From Blastocladiella emersonii ATCC 22665 (Eukaryota; Fungi; Blastocladiomycota), in assembly GCA_025594325.1 (NCBI GenBank), contig JANHCV010000011.1, positions 682,001 to 746,000 of the forward strand: a stretch of DNA of 64,000 bases, in the 5' to 3' direction. The notes beneath the pieces were generated by a model. The model was not told the origin of the DNA. It did no database searches and saw nothing but the letters and a program-made list of their open reading frames with translations. Numbering within the stretch: position 1 is the first letter of the stretch; each line of letters opens with the position of its first letter. Position numbers and translations under genes: made by a program. Shown in pieces: positions 23,737 to 35,271 of this stretch.

Positions 23737-24891
23737 TCATGAGCGGCGCGAGCGCGAGGCGCGGTCCCTCGAGCGCGAGCGCGACCGACGACGACTGGGC
23801 TCGCGCTCCGAGTCGCGATCGCGGTGGTGCCGCTTCTCCTCATCGCGTCGTGGGCTCCGCAACCGGTGTCGCTTCTCCTCGTCGTCGCGGTGCGGGCTCC
23901 GCGACCGATGGCGCTTCCCTTCGTCACGTCGTGGACTGCGGGAGCGATGCCGCCGGTGACTGTCATCGTCCCGCCGGGACCGCGAGCGGGAGCGGGACCG
24001 ATGCCGACGCCGGCTGCTCTGAGTCTCGCCCTCCTCCCTCTCCGAACCCTCATCGTCGTCGGAGCGGTGGCGGCGCGACCGGTGGTGCTCCTGCTTCACC
24101 GACTTGGACTTGTGGTGCTTGCTCTTACTCTTGCTCTTCTTCTCCTTCTTCTCATTTTTCCGGTCGCTGGCGCTAGCGCCGCGCTCGACCCACTCGGCGT
24201 CAATGTGCCCGGGCGCAGACTCGAGCGGGAGGACGGCACGCGGGATCGCCGCCGCCGAAGCCGTGCCCGGCAGCTGGCGCGGCGCGTTGGCGAGGTCCTG
24301 CGGGATGAGACGCGCGGACCGACTGGACCCGAGGCCCGAGATGCCCGTGTCGACGTCGGGCAGGGCAAAGGCGCCCGCGTCGCTCGCGGCGGTCTCCTCG
24401 TCGTCGCGCTTCAGCTTGGCCATGACGTTGGCGAGCTCGGCCTTGGTCTTCTCGACGTTGCCGCTCGCGTCGCCCGCGTGGTCGGGTTTCTTGAGGCCGC
24501 TACGTGTCGCACGAGTGGGTCAGCGATGGCTCGTCAGCGGGGACACGAGGTGCGACGTACAGTGCGATCATCATGACCTCCTCCTCAGCGGCCTTGACGC
24601 GCGCGAGCTCCTCGGCCTTGGCGCGCGCGGCCGATGCAGCAGCGTCGGGCCCGTCCTTGGCGCCCGACTTGTTCCACCACGACAGATCCTTGCCGTTCTG
24701 CCACCGGCCCACGGGCGCCATGACCGAGTGCCCAAGGTAGTTTTCGCGGTGCTGGTCCTTCTTGACGTCTAGGCATGGAGCGAGGTCAGCATCGGTGGTC
24801 GGTGCGAGGGGATCGGTGAGCGAGGGCACGCACCATCCCAGGAAAACTGGTCGCGGCCGCCGCGGTTGCCTCCGCGCGTCGGGTTGAACAT
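23737..24891 (-). CDS. MMTAG2: MMTAG2 / C1orf35-like protein
   Basis: Introns 24833-24769 and 24560-24500 give [51 protein letters not shown], the hallmark MMTAG2 N-terminus, followed by an R/S/D/H-rich tail. Confidence 0.92.
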
Positions 24892-25142
24892 GGTGACTTG
24901 GATAGGTTGCAGCCAGTTACATGCGCCTCGTCGAGGACTTGGTGATGGAGGAGAGGAGGGGGATCGGCCGGGCGACGTGATACGCGACGCGACGTTGGCC
25001 GTGTCTCCCCGCTCTCCCAGCGCGTCTCGCACCATCATGCCACAATACTATGAAGCAACCCCCAGATGCGCAACCGATTGCCACGCTCTGCCTTCGGGCT
25101 TCCCCTTATAGACCGCCGCACCCCATGTAACCTGCCTCGCCC

Positions 25143-27909
25143 ATGGATCCGCCCGAACAACCGGCCGCGGGCCCGCCGCCGCCCCCATCGCCGCCGGCCA
25201 AGGCCGAGCGCACCAAGCTCGTGCCCGTCCCGTTCCCGCTGCGGTCGGGCAAGATCTCGTCGGCGCTCGTGCGGTCGCCCTCGCCGTCTGCTAGCACGCC
25301 GAATCTGCCGCGCCACGGCCACGACGACGGCTCGCGACGAGACCCCGACGCGACGCACTCGGACGACCACGGCCCCAGTGCCGCCGCTGCTGCATCGGCC
25401 GCCTCGCTTGCCGCGCCGTCGTCGTACGAGATTCACCCGTTCTCGCTGCGCTTCGTCGACCCGGCGTGCGAGCGCGAGTACCTCGACGTGGTCCGGATCC
25501 GCGCGCTGGGCCGGCTGTACTGGCTGAGCTTCATCGTCGGGCTGTCGACCATCGTGCACACGGCCGCGTGGGAGGCGCGCGTGTACCCGTGGTCGTCGAC
25601 CATCAACGTGTGGATCCCGACGCGCACTGCGGCGTTCGCGAGCTGCCTGCTCGTCAACCAGCTCGCGCACCGGTGCCCCGACTGGACGCGCCGCCACTTC
25701 GAGGCCGTGAGCACCGTGTGGGCCGTGTTCTGGTACAGCCTGATCCTGGCCGTCGGCGACGTGCACGCCGCGTGGACCACGCCCATCTACGACGACCCGG
25801 CGCGCCCGCTGCCCGGGCCCGACACCCCGCCCGTCTACGCGGACATGGTCTCGATCCTGCCCGTCCCGGCGTTTGCCATAATCTTCTTCGCGATCCACGT
25901 GTGCTTCCAGGGCCTCACGCACATGCACCGCGCCGCCATAGCCGAGCTGATCCTCGCCATCTACGGCACCTCGCTGCTCATCTTCGTGCCGTACGTCTGG
26001 TACCGCGGGTTCTGGAGCGTAATCGGCGGGTACCAGCTGTGCCTCATTGCCAGCCACTGGTCGAGCTACAAGCTCGAGTACGTGTGGCGGCACCTGTTCG
26101 CCGAGACGCGCCGCGACCGTGCCATGGTCGCATCCGCCATGCTCGGCACGCAGTTCCTCCTCAACAAGCCTAACGCCGCCGCCGCCGCGGCGACGGCGGC
26201 AGCGGACCCGGCCCGCGAGCTCAAGACGCGCATCGTCGCCGCCGCCAGTCTCCCGCAGCTCTTCACCGCGCCCAACCTCGCCGAGCTCGAGCGCGCCGTC
26301 AGCGGCGGGTCCGCCATCGCCGAGGGCGAGCGCGAGAACGGCATGATCCACGGGTCCACCTTCGCCGCCGCGCTGTCGCCGTCCCCGCTCCCGCTGCCGC
26401 TACCGTCGCCGCAGAGCGCCGCGTCCTCGATTCCGCCCGCCAGCGGCATCTCGCCCACGCTCCCGCTCCTCCCGCCGACGCCGCCGAACCCGTCCCCGGC
26501 CCGCACGATGCACGAGCGCGACGTGTCGGCAACTGTGTCCTCGGCCGTCGCTTCGTCGCGGTACGCCAGCTCGCTCGCGAACCTGCGCGACGAGAAGCCG
26601 GGCGCCGCCGCCGCCGCCGCCGCCACGGAGCGGCGTCCGTCGAGCGCGCGGCGCACGCGGTTCGTCAACGGGCTACGCACCATCCACAGCAAGCTGCTCG
26701 CCGACGCGCGCGCCAACGTCGAGGTGATGGCGGCGACGGCGTTCGTGCACGATCTGCGGTACTCGAACAGCTCGCTCGTCGCGCTCTCTGCGCCGGGCAC
26801 GCAGAGCCGCGCCGCTGCCGCCATCGGGAGCAACGAGGGAACCTCCGCGCCGCCATCCCCAACACACTCGATCCCGGTCCCCGTCGCGCCGCCCGTCGAG
26901 CCCATGGCGCCGCGGTACCGCGTCATGTGGTGGCTGCGGCGCGCGGGCAAGCGGCGGCGGAAGCTGCCGGGCGACCCGAAGCTCGCTGAGATCCTCGGGT
27001 CGTGGCGGTACCAGCTGTGGAACTTGTTCCCCGCCACACTCGAGCGGCGGTTCGAGCAGATCCGACGCGACCCGATCCGCCTCGAGGGACGGTACAACGT
27101 TGGGTTCCTCACTCTCGCGGCCGTCTTCGAGATCGCGTTCAGCTACGAGCACTACATTGCGACCATGGGACGGCCCGAGTACCTCGTTCTCGGCGTGCCA
27201 CTGTTCTGGATCATGGTGGTGTGGGTCGTCGTGCTGCAGCTGCTCGACCTGGTACGTCCTCATTTGCGCTCGGCGAAACGGTGCGGACTGACGGTTCGCG
27301 CGATGGTGTAGGTCCCACTACTCCCGCAGTGCAGGTGGTCGGGCCGCAAGCTCCTGCTGTTCAATCTGACCATGTACTTGCTCGTCATCCTGCGCTCGAT
27401 CCTCGGCATGGTCATCGAGGCCGTGAACGGCGACCGGTCGCTGACGGCCACGCACATGATGAGCGTGATCCGCACCCTGCTGTTCCTGTCGGTCGAGTCG
27501 GGCCTCACCTACGTCTACTTCCTCATCGGCTCGCTGATCATCATCGGGATCAACACTGCGCTCGTGGTCCTCGTCCAGGGCCCCGCGAGTACGTGACGCA
27601 GTTTCCGCAATCCCGGACATCCCGCTGACCACGAGCGTGTGTGTAGACACGACCATGTCGGCAGCCCTGCTCCGCGTCGCGCTCGGGCAGCTCGTCGGCG
27701 CGCTCGTATCCAAGGGCGAGGAGCACTTCAACCGGCAGTTCTACCTCGGGATCAACGTGTTCCGGACGACCGAGGAGAGCGTGGTGGCGTCGGACGTGCT
27801 GAGCAGGCAACCCAACACGGTGACGGCGTCGAGGTTGCCGGCCAACAGCGCCTCGGGGATCCCGCTCGTGCATCGCGGCGTGGTGGAACACAATACGACG
27901 ATGTACTAG
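25143..27909 (+). CDS. About 882-aa polytopic membrane protein with two 6-TM cassettes (adenylyl-cyclase membrane-domain-like), no cyclase domain
   Basis: Exons 25143-27251, 27312-27588 and 27647-27909 are in frame. Each cassette is preceded by F...ER..[YF] (FVDPACEREY; FPATLERRF) and ends with E-x3-R-x2-[FY] (EYVWRHLF; EHFNRQFYL). Confidence 0.75.
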
Positions 27910-27959
27910 AACATTTGGGGCGGAGGGGAAAGAACACAACTGGACAGGACCCGCGCAGC

Positions 27960-28282
27960 TTACGCGAACGGGTGGATGAGGCGGAGGAGCGACGGGCGCG
28001 GGTTGGAGCGCGTGAGGCCTGTCGAATTGCGGCGTGTGTGTCAGCCGGCGGATTCGCGCCCAGACGACGGCAGTGCGGAGGGGGCGGCGTACCAATGTAC
28101 AGGATGAAGGGGATGTAGCCGACGTGGACGACCTTCTTGACCAGCTCGGTCAGGCGGACGATGCCTAGACGCGGGGAGGGGCGGATTCGGCCGCGTGAGC
28201 CCGCCGATGTCCGGAATCCATGGAGATACATGTGTTTGACGCATTGCGGGTACTTACGCTCCTTGTTCTCCTCGGAAAACAT
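27960..28282 (-). CDS. TOM7: Mitochondrial import receptor subunit Tom7
   Basis: Introns 28257-28165 and 28092-28019 give MFSEENKERIVRLTELVKKVVHVGYIPFILYIGLTRSNPRPSLLRLIHPFA*. Confidence 0.95.
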
Positions 28283-28543
28283 GATGATGCGTGTGATGGG
28301 GACAGTGAGCGAAAATCGGCCGCGGCCGCCTTGTTGAGGCAGCTGAAACGCCGCACCCATGTGACCGCGCTGAGCACCGCGTCGCGCGCGTTTGCGGCCG
28401 GCCAGGCACGCAAAGCCGCGGCCAGCCGTGAGTCCCACTTTTCCGTGGTGGCGGGCTCTGCCGCGCTGCCGCCGCCTGCCCTCGCCCCCTCTCTCGCAAC
28501 GGTGCAGGCCTCATTGTCGGCCGATAACTCCACCTTTCTAGCC

Positions 28544-29104
28544 ATGAATCGCTCGAGCATCTCCAACATGTCGGCCAAGCTCGCGCGCCTCAACAAGATT
28601 GCCGTGACCGGGTCGCAGCCCGTCAGCGTGGTCCCGGCCCGCGGGGCTCTCGTCGCCGCTGGCGTGACGCGCGAGGCGCTCATTGACGCCTTCCGCGAGC
28701 AGCCGCTGTTCCGCATCGCCGAGGAGGAGCTGTCGCACGCCACGGGCGGCGAGCGCGTGCCCGCGTTCATCGCCATCAACCGGATCCTGACCCGCGACCC
28801 TTCGCGCACTCGCTCGCTCGAGGAGCTGTGCGCCTACCTCTTTGCCGAGTGCTTCTGGCGCGCGACCAGCGACCTCGACCTGCGCCAACGCTTCATCTCC
28901 ATCCTCGTGAACATGCACGACAAGGTGCCCAACCGCGCCTACGGCCAGGGCGACGACATGATGAGCATGCTCATCGATCTGTGCGCCGACTGCGGCGTCG
29001 AGACGGTCGTCGGCGACGAGCTCGTCCTGCCGCGCCTCATCATCATTGGCATCTTTGAGGCCGCGCTCCGCTCCATCACCTACCCTCTCCCCGCGGGCGT
29101 TTGA
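28544..29104 (+). CDS. Orphan family member 1 (GC-rich, lacks acidic tail)
   Basis: Shares LARLNKIA, DPSRTRSLE, FW and LCADC motifs with the three downstream ORFs. It is divergently transcribed from TOM7. Confidence 0.7.
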   Translation: MNRSSISNMSAKLARLNKIAVTGSQPVSVVPARGALVAAGVTREALIDAFREQPLFRIAEEELSHATGGERVPAFIAINRILTRDPSRTRSLEELCAYLFAECFWRATSDLDLRQRFISILVNMHDKVPNRAYGQGDDMMSMLIDLCADCGVETVVGDELVLPRLIIIGIFEAALRSITYPLPAGV

Positions 29105-29336
29105 GCGCCCGCTGTCCTGTTCGGTCTTTATGGCCAGAGTGTAACTATAAGCTTGTTTGACCCCCAATCGTCACCGGTTGATTGTCAGCATCCTTTGTCC
29201 TCGACGCAGTGAGCGCCGCGGCGCGAGGACAGCATCTGAAGCGTGTCCACGAGTGAGTCCTCGGTCCAGCGCTTGCTCTTTGGCGCTCTCCCTCCAGACT
29301 CGAAGCGCCCCCAAGTTGTACCTCTCACAAATCACC

Positions 29337-30188
29337 ATGGAACTTGATGCAAAACATTCCCCGAGCCTCGCGGTTGACCTCAACGCTCTCACGCTTGCCG
29401 AAACTCCGCCTGCTCCTCAGCGTGACAGCGCCACTCGCTACCACCAGCCGACCATGGGCGAGGGCGACGCTGAGCCGCCGACTTCGCCAAAGCGACCCCG
29501 CGGAGTCCGACCATTGTCGCGACTCGCTCGCCTTAACAAGCTTGCCACTCGCAATCAAACCCATTCGCTCATCGATGCTCGCAGCGCGCTCCATGCTGCC
29601 GGCGAGTCCGACGCGAGTCTGAAACTCGCACTTGCCGAGTACCCCGTCTTCCGGCTCGCCCGTCGGCTCACACGCAATCTGTGGGACGACCGTCCGTTCG
29701 AGTTCGACTCGCGCGGTGTCGGCGCTTTGAGCAAGAAGGAGCCTGCGCGGACTCGGGAGTTGGAGACAATCCTCGCGAGCATTTTCGTTGACGCGTTTTG
29801 GGCAAACTCGGACGAGAAACAACTCGAAGCGTCCTTCTACCGACTTGTGGAAGCGGAGCGCCCTCCTGACGGAAGCGTAACGTCGCTGCTCATGCAACTA
29901 TGCGCCGATTGCAAGATCAAGGGCACCTTCCAAACCCCAGCGCACAAGCGGATCTTGGACGCGTTCTTCAAGGCTGCGGCGAACCTTATGACGGACCCGT
30001 CGGCTATCGTTGAACGCTCGCACTGCCTCCAGCGCGATGGCAACTACTCGGACCACGAGTTCAGCGACGAGGGCGACAACCCGTACTCGGTCGATGACGA
30101 TTTCTATGACTACGACGAGCTGGACGACAACTATGACAGCGACTGCGGCGGGGTCGACTACGGCGATGATCTGCGGTACTGCGACTGA
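29337..30188 (+). CDS. Orphan family member 2 (acidic D/Y-rich tail)
   Basis: Intronless ORF MELDAKHS...; motifs LARLNKLA, EPARTRELE, FW, LCADC and DPSA...DGNYSDHEFSD. Confidence 0.75.
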   Translation: MELDAKHSPSLAVDLNALTLAETPPAPQRDSATRYHQPTMGEGDAEPPTSPKRPRGVRPLSRLARLNKLATRNQTHSLIDARSALHAAGESDASLKLALAEYPVFRLARRLTRNLWDDRPFEFDSRGVGALSKKEPARTRELETILASIFVDAFWANSDEKQLEASFYRLVEAERPPDGSVTSLLMQLCADCKIKGTFQTPAHKRILDAFFKAAANLMTDPSAIVERSHCLQRDGNYSDHEFSDEGDNPYSVDDDFYDYDELDDNYDSDCGGVDYGDDLRYCD

Positions 30189-30677
30189 GGCGTTGATCTG
30201 TTTGTGATTTGAATATGAAACGCTCTATTCTTTCTACAGTTTGAACGTTAGTGGGGCGTGGGTTATTGGACCGAGGGAGCCGCTCGAGCGGCACGCTGAT
30301 TGGGTGAGACGCGATGATGATATCCCGTGACCGAACTGAGTCGCGTTTTCTCTCCCCCCGTGGTCCCAGTTCGCTTTTTCCATGACAGTATACCTTCGAA
30401 TCTCTTTGAATTAATTTTGGTGAGGGTAAGAAATGCCAGCGCTTAGCCGTGAACAAACATGCATATGGTAGGCAAAGTGGAAAACCATCGCGCGGCAAGG
30501 CGTGACCAGTGTCCAAGCTCCGTCTCCCAGTGTCCAAGCTGTGTCCCTCAGCCCAGCTGAGGCAGAAATTCTTCGTTTTATCCTCCTCCTGGGGCGCCTA
30601 GCACAACCTGCCCATCAAGAACAAAGGAGTCTGATGCAAAACTTGACTTGGCGGCACTGACGTGCAAGCATGACGAC

Positions 30678-31556
30678 ATGGCCCTCGCCACAGCCTCATC
30701 TACTCCTCAGCGAGACACGACTTATCGTCGCCACTCCCCGACCTTGTGCGAGGGCAATGTTGAGCCCCCAACCTCACCGCTTGCCCCGCTCGAGGTCCGA
30801 CCCGTGGCGCGACTCGCACGGCTTCACAAGATTGTCGCTAACAAGGGACGCTTTCTCGACCTTGCCCAAGCTCAAGCCGAACTGCGCTCTGCAGGCGAAA
30901 GTCTCGAAATCTTGCGTCTCGCATTTGTCGAGTATCCCGTACTCAAAGCTTCACTTCGGCTCATTCACACGGATCGAGATGAAGTGGCCAGCTTGATTCG
31001 CCTCGCCTTCTCAACGGAGCCCAACCGGATCAAGGAGATCGAGAAGCTTCTCGCGCTCGGCCTTGCCAACACATTTTGGTCAGCGTCGAGCGATATTGAG
31101 CTTGAACTCGAATTTTTCGATTTCGTCGAATGCGAGACTGCCGCCAGTCCCAGCGTCAAGAGTATGATCAAGCAGCTTTGCGCGGACTGTGGCTTCAATG
31201 GACACGAAAATCTTTCAGACCAAACGTGCCTCATGCACGAGACAATCGCTTACGCCTTCCACAATACTGTGCTTCTTCTTTTTACGGACCCCTCAGCCCT
31301 GATCGAGCCGGTGCGCTGCTTGAAGAACGACGGCGGTTATACGACCGACGAGCCAAGCGATCAAGGCAGTTCAAACGGCGACTCAGAGTCAGACAACGAC
31401 GACTTCAGCGACCAGTCTCACGACAACCACGATACTTACTACTTTGATGACGTTGACGGGTACCCCTACTTCCGTGGTCACGAATACGGCTGGAGCTCAG
31501 GCGACGATGGGCTCGGCGAGGAATGGGATCAACGCTGGGGCGATATCACTGATTGA
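30678..31556 (+). CDS. Orphan family member 3 (ancestral ATG apparently lost; next Met used here)
   Basis: Motifs LARLHKIV, EPNRIKEIE, FW, LCADC and DPSA...DGGYTTDEPSD. The sequence KESDAKLDLAALT upstream aligns with MTSDAKLDSAALT of member 4. Confidence 0.68.
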   Translation: MALATASSTPQRDTTYRRHSPTLCEGNVEPPTSPLAPLEVRPVARLARLHKIVANKGRFLDLAQAQAELRSAGESLEILRLAFVEYPVLKASLRLIHTDRDEVASLIRLAFSTEPNRIKEIEKLLALGLANTFWSASSDIELELEFFDFVECETAASPSVKSMIKQLCADCGFNGHENLSDQTCLMHETIAYAFHNTVLLLFTDPSALIEPVRCLKNDGGYTTDEPSDQGSSNGDSESDNDDFSDQSHDNHDTYYFDDVDGYPYFRGHEYGWSSGDDGLGEEWDQRWGDITD

Positions 31557-31967
31557 GTCGCTCCTTCCCAGCCGACAGTTCTGTTGCGAACATGCATTTC
31601 ATGATTTTATTCATGATCAGCGCCCAATTTTGTCCAGGAGCACTCAAACGTAGGCCTTCCGAGCAGTGCGTTGATTGGTTGAAGCGCGTTTGAATATATC
31701 CCGTGACCGCGTTGAGTCGCGTTTTCTCCACCTCATCACCCCAAGCATTGCCTTGAATAAGAAGCCCGATGCTCAATAGCATAAAAAACAACTATGTTTG
31801 GCTGCGTGTCAACGGATGCAAGGAGTTCCTCACTTAATATGCACAGGCAAGTGGGGCCACAACGTGACCAGTGTCCAGTTCGTGTCCTTGTCAAAGGGTC
31901 TAGCATGCAACACTTCCACGGCCACTCTCACTCCCACTGGAACAGCACACCCCAACTTCTCAAAACC

Positions 31968-32909
31968 ATGACATCTGATGCAAAGCTTGACTCGGCGGCG
32001 CTGACAAGCAAGCTTGACGCTCTCGCCCTCACCGCGGCTCCACCTACGCCTCAGCGGGACTCGGTCCGCGAGAACGATCTGATGCCAATTATTGACGAGG
32101 GCGAGACTGAGCCGCCGAATTTTCCTGGTCGACCTGCTTTCGTCCCACCTATGACGCGACTTGCCCGAATCAACAAAATTGCTGCTCCCAACAAGAAAGT
32201 TGTTTCTCTCGTCGATGCGCGCGATGCGCTTCTCGCTGCTGGCGAGACCGTAGCTAGTGTTGGAGGCGCTCTCGCCGAACACCCCATGCTTCGCTTTGTG
32301 CGGCGGTCCACGCTCAGTCCTTGGGATTTCATGTCGAGATGCATTCGAATGATTTTGCACAAGGAGCCCGCACAGGCTCGCAACGTTGAACATGATCTCT
32401 CGATTGCATTCGCCAACGCGTTTCTGTCAGTCGCAGACCCAGTCGACCTCAAACCAACCTTCTTCAAGCTTGCAGCAACGGCTAGCAGCAAAGCCATAAC
32501 TGCGACCGCCCTCCTCGAGCAGCTTTGCATGGATTTCAGCGCTGCTAAGAGCGAGAATGGCAGCGAAAGCGACTTCGAATTCGACAGCGATTCCGAGCTT
32601 GATCTTGATGTCGCCAAGCATATTCTCGAGGATTTTTGCGATCTTGCTGCGCGACTTGTGACCGATCCGTTGGCCCTTGACAAGCGCGTGCATCGACTTG
32701 CTCGCAACGGTGACTACACGGACAGCGATTTCAGCGACAATGATGAAGACTTCTACGGCGGAGCTGGCCAAGCGTACCCTCTTGACGATGACAACTACTA
32801 CGACCATTACTATGACGACCGCTACGATGACCGCTACGACGACCGCTACGACTATGACGACGACGACTACGGCAGCGATGATTCTTGGATGTATGACGGC
32901 CGCGACTAG
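31968..32909 (+). CDS. Orphan family member 4 (acidic tail with DDRY repeats)
   Basis: Motifs LARINKIA, EPAQARNVE, LCMDF and DPLA...NGDYTDSDFSD; tail YDDRYDDRYDDRYDYDDDDY. Confidence 0.75.
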   Translation: MTSDAKLDSAALTSKLDALALTAAPPTPQRDSVRENDLMPIIDEGETEPPNFPGRPAFVPPMTRLARINKIAAPNKKVVSLVDARDALLAAGETVASVGGALAEHPMLRFVRRSTLSPWDFMSRCIRMILHKEPAQARNVEHDLSIAFANAFLSVADPVDLKPTFFKLAATASSKAITATALLEQLCMDFSAAKSENGSESDFEFDSDSELDLDVAKHILEDFCDLAARLVTDPLALDKRVHRLARNGDYTDSDFSDNDEDFYGGAGQAYPLDDDNYYDHYYDDRYDDRYDDRYDYDDDDYGSDDSWMYDGRD

Positions 32910-33412
32910 GCTTACAGCATCGTATGTTATTGGTTGGTCAACAGCGGTCCCGGCCTATTTTTTATGCCGCGCTCATCAAAGCGCCAATAATTTCCTGATT
33001 AAATATATACATCTCGTGTTCAATGTGCTCAACCAGGGAGAGCCTCAACGATCTCACAAGAGATAGGTCATTTCAACGATCAAGCCATCACCGCTTGACA
33101 ACAGCTCATAGCTCTCGAGTATGGCTGATGGTTCTGTGGTCACAAGCACAACTTGATGAGTGCAGAGCGAAGTGGTGATATGCAGTGCGAATCGGGTCGT
33201 GCTACCACAGCTCTCAAATAGCCTCACTCTCGCTCCCTTGAGTGGACTAAGACTCGCTCCTTGAACTCCCAACCGCTGCTGTCTCATAATGTTTCTGAAA
33301 ACCTCTAAAAATGTGACCGACGTACGTTGCTCTCCACTCCCCTGCGGACAAATCTGCTCACGTTTCTTTTGCTTCTCAACAGAACGTCACAATGGACGAC
33401 CAGAATGAGGCC

Positions 33413-33628
33413 TGTTGATGCCAACAGAAGGAGGCGGGAGACAAGTAGTCAGGGATGTCTATTCCTGCCTTCGGCCCCAAACCCAAGACGGGGAGAGGGG
33501 AGAATGGATAACAAAGCAGGGCGCGCCGCAGCGGGGTGCGGCGGCGCGGGAGCGAGGGATTGCGGGCGGCTCACGCGAGATCAGATGATTGATCACCGCG
33601 GTCGTGGCCACATGAACGACACGCAACA
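33413..33628 (-). repeat. 3' LTR
   Basis: 216 bp, TG...CA, adjacent to the PPT. Confidence 0.95.
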
Positions 33629-33640
33629 TCACCTCCCCCC
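33629..33640 (-). other. Polypurine tract (GGGGGGAGGTGA)
   Basis: Purine-rich run directly abutting the TGTTG start of the 3' LTR on the element strand. Confidence 0.85.
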
Positions 33641-35266
33641 AGACCGTGACCTGAGCGACTTGACGAACCCTTGGTACACCGCGTTCTTGAGCTGGCGACC
33701 GGACCGGCTGCGCGTGATGGACGACGGCGGGTCGGGCGAGGGTGAGCGCGCGCGCTTCGGGTTGGCGCGGGCAGGCGATGAGGCGGCCGAGGACTGCGTG
33801 ACCGAGAACTGCGACTTGTTGGCCGAGACTTGGCGAGGAGCAGGATCTTGGCATGGAGCGGGCGCAGGGGAAGACGCGGCGACCTTGGAGGCGAGACGCT
33901 GCAGCGAACGCTGGCGCTCGAGCCGGGTGTTGGCCGAGATCTTCTTGTGGTAGTTGTTGATGGCGCCGGCGGTGTCGAAGCTGCTGGCGGGGATCCACGA
34001 GTTCTCGGCGGAGCGATCGGACCAGCGGACCAGGTACTTGCGCTTGCCGTTCGCGCCGTCGCGATGACGGAGGATGTCGCGCACGGTGTCCAATTCGCCC
34101 AAAGGCGCCGACTCGGGCTGGATGAGGCGCAGGTGGTGCGCGGGGATTTTCTCGACGAGTGCGCCAGTGGCGTCGCGGAGCACGTACGCGCCACCACGGT
34201 TGCAGCGGACCGCCGTGTATGGGCCCTCGTAGCGTGGGTTGAGGCAGGAGGCGCGGTCAGTGGTCATGCACATGACAATGGCGCCCGCGGGGAAGTCGGT
34301 GGCAATGATCTTGCAGTGCTGATCGGCGCGCGCCTGCACGATGGCGTTGCGGTTGGCGGTGCGCTGCGCAATGGCGGGGTAGATGGACTCGGTCATGAGC
34401 TTGAGGCGAGCGAGCTGCTCCTGCTCGGTCATGTCGCGGAGGGGCGGCTGCGCGCAGTAGTTGCGGAGCGCGTTGGCGGGACGCGCGAACATGAGTGAGA
34501 AGGGCGTCGAGCCGTGGCGCGCGTGCGCGCGCGTGTTGTAGGCGTACAGGATGGCCGGGACCATGGCGGGCCAGCGGTTGAGCTGCCCGTTGAGCGAGGG
34601 GAGCAGCATCTCCTTGACCGAGCGAACAAGACGCTCCGAGGCGCCGTTGGCCTGCGGGTGGTACGGCGACACGAGGCAGCAGTCAATGCCGGCCATGTTG
34701 GCAAGCGAGGCGATGATCTGGTTGGCGAACTCGGGGCCGTTGTCAGACTGGATGATGCGCGGGAAACCAAACTGGAAGCACGTGGCCAGGAAGCAGGTGG
34801 CGACCTCGCCGGCAGACGTGGAGCGGATTGGGTGGAGCCACACGAACTGGGTGCAGATGTCGATGATCACGAGCACGTGCGTGTATCCGTTGGGCGAGAT
34901 GGGCAGCTGCATGCAGTACATGGACAGGTGGTCGAGCGGCAGCAGCGCCTCAATCGAGCGCATTGGGTGGAAACCCTGCCACGTGGCCAAGAACTGCGCG
35001 CACGGGATGCAACTGGCAATGACGCGCTGGCAGTCGGCGAGCATGCCAGGCCATTCGTGGCCGAGGACAACGAGCTGCTGCTGTGTGGCCGCGGGACCCA
35101 ATTGGCCCCAGTCGTGCACGTCGCGGATGATCTGGTCGCGCTGGTCACGCGGAACGGGCGCCGTGTTGAGGCGCTGCGCGGGCGGGACGGTGCCAATGGG
35201 CGAGAACTTGGGCCGCGGCGCGCTACCCTCGGGGGCGGGTGCGGCGGCAACGACGCAGGCGTGCAC
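33629..35266 (-). pseudogene. Integrase-chromodomain of the chromovirus
   Basis: VHDWGQLG...CIPC (second His lost); LDHLSMYC, where the first catalytic Asp appears replaced by Tyr; IIQSDNGPEF; YHPQANGASER; GPY module; chromodomain lacking aromatic-cage residues. Confidence 0.9.
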
Positions 35267-35271
35267 AGCAG

